From Yuukianura sp. NJ FZ-2021 (taxonomy: Eukaryota), in the NCBI GenBank assembly GCA_046563655.1, contig CM102285.1:7936001-8000000 (forward strand): 64,000 nt of DNA. The letters are read 5' to 3'. The translations under genes and the position numbers were made by a program. Below the pieces are notes generated by a model that worked only from the letters and a program-made list of their open reading frames with translations, was not told the DNA's origin and did no database searches. Each line of letters starts with the position of its first letter. Within the stretch, counting starts at the first letter, position 1. Below, piece by piece: positions 59,254 to 64,000 of the stretch.

Positions 59254-61534
59254 TCAGACAAAGATACGTTCCCGTTCCTTTCCGCTGGATTTGCTTCTGG
59301 ATCTTCGGCCACTACCGCTCACACTGCTACTTTCGCAAGCACTTCCCTTACTTCTGTGTCCGCGATCTTGAGGACCAACGTTGGCACAGGAATCAAACCC
59401 ATCTTCACTGGGAAACCTCACGTTGTCACCGGATCGCTGGAAATAGGCCATTGAGAACTCCTTGTAGTGATCGCTCAAGCTTGAGTCAGAAAATGTTTTC
59501 TCGAGCTTCGCTGGAACTGGAGTACTGTTTGATTTGGAAGCGGGAACGGTGCCTCCGGAAGGCGCCGTGCCGCTTCTTGTCGACGGAAGCGTTTTGCTTC
59601 TGTGATTCATACTGCAATGCTGCTTCTCAGCTTGTGTCGCCGCTGCACCGTAAGCGCTCTTGATAGGTGTACCGCTTGAGGTGAAGTGTCTTCGTCCATA
59701 ATCATCCAGATTGTCCGTTTTTGGCAGCATCGTGTGGTAGGTGGGTGCGACGTAGTTGTAGACGACCTTGACCTTAGACGCGTCACCACTGTGTTTCTGT
59801 GCTTTGTAGTAATTCTGACCATGTGAACATTGGCTGGGGATATGGTGGTTGTGGTGGTGGGGGTGCGCTACACTTGTAGTGGAAGCAGTGGATGCCCTAG
59901 GTTGACATCCTTCTTTTGTACTGGAATTTGGGAAGTATCCGTAACCATACCCATAGCCATACCCTCCGAACGACTTGGTTGTACCTGTACTGATCAAACT
60001 GTCCCAGGAAACGGGCTTCACCGAATCACATTTATCAGTGTAGATTCTGTGGAACTGGTTGGACCCAGAGTCTGGTCCCGAAGATGCTGCTCCTCCCGGG
60101 TACTGATGAAGATCTCGGCTGCTCTGACACTTCCTGTAAGACTTCTGTAAGCCATAGGACTCTGATTTCATAGAACTACCAGCGCCACCGCTGCTACCAG
60201 ACTTCTCTGACGGCAGTTTGACAGACTTTGAACGTTGCTGAATGACATGTTGGAGCTTGGCTTCCTCAATGTCCGAATTGGGCTGAATGATTGAAATGGT
60301 GGCGGTTGATGGTACTGGATTGACTACAACTAGACTTGGAATTTCATGATCCTTATTCTTCTTGTCTTTAGAAATTGGTGGGCAGAAGCAGCACACGCTG
60401 GAAGCAGCGGCGGATAGACAAGGACCACCAAGCCCTCCAGCCCCGTTACACATAGACGTTTTCCCGTAATTTCCCGCCAAAATTTCCTTCTCCCGAGAAT
60501 TCAACTCTTCCAGCTCCCGATACTTGTCTTGAAGCTTCTTTTGTAAATGAACGTAGCGCATATGTAACTCCACCTACAGCATATAAAAGACAGATAGATA
60601 GAAGACAACATATAAAAGCGTTCTTCTTTCTCTTCCAAATTGCCACGCCTTCAATCGAAAATTATAAAATACAGCGAATGGTGTACAAGCGTAAAAATAT
60701 GATGTACATAACTTGAAATCGCGCTAATTTGAACAATTACAATTTGCAATTACTCCAAACTGTACCTTTCTAGCTCGTTCATCAGATACGACGACCATTT
60801 TCAAGGTTGTGGGGCACTTCCGAATGAAGCTCACTAGAGACTTGTGCTCAACTCGAGCCATATTTTGTCCGTTAATTGAAAGGATCACGTCCCCTGTAGA
60901 ATTAAATTCAATGAATAATTCAATTTCATTTTTGAATTAGGAAATTATCTGAAAGGAGAAAAGAGTTTCGTTTCTTGTGGTGAAAGCTTAATCCTAAGCA
61001 CCATTCGCTAAACTTGCCTTCCTTGAGACCTGCGCTAGAAGCAGCACCATTCTTTTCAACTGCGTTGACGTACGTTATGAAGTCGGTTTCACGGTGCCCG
61101 TGCTTGTACCGAACGCCGTAACTCTACAAAACGTTAACACGAATGAGAACGTTTGAATTAAAAAAAATCAATCAGGACAAGAAAAATTGGAGCTCCACAC
61201 TTGGTGGAATTCAGAGCATAATTTTTAGAAAATTGTTCAAGCGCGCATTTACTTACTTGCAGAGTAAACCCAAAGGATCCATTTTGTCTTTCGATTAGCA
61301 CAAGGCGTCGTTTCGACTCAGACTCACCAAATATCCATAAGCCCTTCGTATCCTGCGTAAAAATCGTTGAATTATAAATTATGTATCGTTGAAACTTGTT
61401 TGTAGAATCTAGAGCCAAGAATTAATTAAATACATTCTTAATTCCACCTTTTGCAAAAAATCAGGATACGTTGTAGCTGCTGATGTGGACGGGAGTGATG
61501 AATTTTCAGTTCCACTCCCTCCACAGACTTCCAT
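59254..61534 (-). CDS. Tamalin/GRASP/CYTIP-like PDZ scaffold protein, multi-exon (start uncertain)
   Basis: PDZ domain RRLVLIERQNGSFGFTLQ/SYG...TYVNAVEKNGAASSAGLKEG/DVILSING, then coiled coil RKVELHMRYVHLQKKLQDKYRELEEL, and a C-terminal PDZ-ligand-like RIFV. Confidence 0.85.
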
Positions 61535-64000
61535 CCGTCAAATACCAGAGTTCTTGCTAATTTTGTTGACCCTACATGCAGAATTATTGTTAAGTTATGA
61601 ACGATTACTATGCGTAAGGCCTGCGATGACGAGTATTGATTCAAATCAAGTTTGCTCCACTTTCACTCCACAGAAAAGGATGAAAGTTAAAGGGTTTGTG
61701 CAGGTGAAAGCACGCAGTGCGAAAACTCGACTTTCCCGAATCTCGGATTCGGTCTTATGTTCGTAAAACACCAAGAAGCTAAACCAAACACCCTGACCCT
61801 GATTCCCGCCTTTCAAAAAAATGTACCCCGACTTAATCAATTTCTTTGAGGTTAAAATTAAGGTGATAAAAATTTTCAAGTTAATATTTCTAATAAGATA
61901 ACTAGATATGTATCTTGTTCAGTAGCGTCCTGGCGCTACATTCTCCACAAGTAGTCCCATCTTTTGTTTGGCACAAAGTTAGGAGGATCCGCTAGATTCT
62001 CCACACTTTATGTGCACCCAAATTCTCCAAAATTTGTCCTAACTTTAGAGCTGCTAATTATTGAGCCTAACTCAATCCCAACTCACTTTGACACTCGTTT
62101 TCTTGAAAAAAATATACGAAATGCAGTCCCTTGGGTGATTTTAGCAGAAGAATACCGTCGAAAAGGATTACAACGGCAAGATTATAAAGCAATTTAATGG
62201 AACTACTACTTAATAAATTCTGGGGCGAAGGCCCAGCAGGCATGCGTAGCATGCTGGTTCATTTTTTATGTTAATTCTTACCGTAAAATAAAAATAGCTT
62301 ATCGTTGCCCCTAACAACTGTGGCGCGTTATTTTTGATACAGCCCCACTGTGCGGTTTATGGTATTAACTTGACGTATTTTTTTCTGCTTTGTAGCGCAT
62401 AAGTTCTTGTATAAAATAATGTGGCAAGTACTGAAACAAATAATTACCCAGGAAGATAAACGTCGGCACTGACATTTGCGCTTCCTGTGAAATGTTTTCT
62501 AATCATACTGAATTCGAGACGGCGCAAGACATGAATGAACTGCATGAACTAACAAACGCTTGGTTACTAATATAAAATAGTTATAGAGCAAAGTATAGAA
62601 AAACAGCTGCTTTTTATTACGTTTTTAAATTCACAATGTTATACAGGAATGAAAATCATATAATGTACAGATCATTGTATTTTTCAATCACTATGTTTTG
62701 TTTTGTAAGCGTTTAGTTTCATTTTATAATATTGTTTGGACAGTTCAAAGGGTCAATTATGTAGTTATTTACGTTTTGCATGTTCAGGGGACAATCAAAC
62801 ACCTCAAACGGTGCTTATAAAATTATGATAACTGTTGTAGTTGTTATGCCTAAGCCTATACAGAAAGAAAGCAGAAGGCATTGGTGCAACGGAATTGGAA
62901 ACAACGGAAACGGAAGCTGAACACAACGAAAAGTGCCGACCGCTAAGTGCAATAAAAAGTTTAGGAATTTGAGCTGGATTTTTGAACTTCAATTTGTAAA
63001 GAAAAGTTGATCTTTTTGCGTACTGAATTGAATTGAATTAGTGTTTTTAGATTTTAGAACGATACGAAAAGGGCGAGGAGTAGCTCATTGGCTAGATATT
63101 TGAATTTTTCAGTGAATTATCTCATCGCTCATCAGCTGGAGATTCTCTACGTTCGATTCCATCTGACCTGTACAACCCAGGGAAAGGGATTACGACAACG
63201 AAGGAACAGCAACCGACCAAGAGGGCCTGACAGCATAAACATGTAAGCGGTTAATAACACTAATTACTTTTTACTTGTAAGCAACTGATTGATGATATCG
63301 ATGGCTGTGGGGTGGAGGTGTAGATTGGGGCAAGTGTCAATAAGTGAAAATTTTCTAACGTAAGTACAAATCCCATGCTTTCCCATGTATTGAAAATTGG
63401 GTTGAAGTAAACTTGGGTTCCGCGCCTGTCCCCGCCCGTTCAAATTTTCGCGCTGCCTCCATTGTACCCACCCAGTGTCCCCACCGGATGGATACATTTG
63501 TCCCCACCACAACCAAAAACAGTACATCCACCTAGCGTCAATACAGTAACCTCTGAATTCAATCTGGCAACGTTTTTTTTTCCTTTTTGATTTGGTAAAT
63601 CCTGTTATATTTTCCCGCGCCGAAGGCGCGGCATTAGGTCTCTGGTAAAGCACGCAATACTGATTACGTCTGCAGGTTTAACTTATTGAGTTTCGCTCGA
63701 TCTTTCGCAATCGAATGCTCTAGGAAGTGTAAAGATGTAGACATAAATATCATCAAACTGCTTCGTCACTGATCAAGTTGCTCTACATTCTAACGAACAA
63801 CGTAAAATGTTTAAGGCTAGTGTAAAATGGTTTAGAATTTGCGCAGTTCTTTTGTATTTTCTTCGTGTTCATGTAGGTAGGTCGTGTCGTGTGCATCAGT
63901 ATATTAGTGGCAGTTGAGGCTTGTACTATGCTTTTAGAAGTTTATTTTGTAAAAAAAAATGGAGGGAATTAAGTAGTGTGTGTATGAAAAAAGAAGATGT

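Noticed and set aside
62344..62350. Isolated CACTGTG/CACAGTG heptamers (also at 26523)
   Set aside because: No partner TIR, TSD or transposase could be linked to them, and they are expected by chance.

Overview
This is AT-rich eukaryotic genomic DNA with short introns of about 55-80 nt. An invertebrate source is an inference. The window is dominated by nested mobile elements around three host genes: DNA primase small subunit (with a tRNA-Ala in intron 1), an SSUH2-like gene split in two, and a tamalin/GRASP-like PDZ gene. The highlight is a young, apparently intact ~17.5-kb Ty3/Gypsy-type endogenous retrovirus (element B, 38998-56492, minus strand). It carries gag, pol, a full-length class III-like (herpes gB/rhabdovirus G-like) envelope, and three further tandem, signal-peptide-bearing, anchorless paralogs of that envelope. 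It also carries an 8-exon antisense gene (~761 aa, Cys/His-rich C-terminus) between the PBS and gag. A divergent relative (element C, from 19482) has the same PBS and the same antisense spliced gene, now disrupted by a complete Transib transposon with RSS-like ends. A separate decayed Gypsy element (A, 2675-16233) carries three tandem F-box-like ORFs upstream of gag. It hosts a nested Mag-like LTR element and a polyA-tailed ORF1-only retroposon. All protein-family calls come from motif reading, not database searches.
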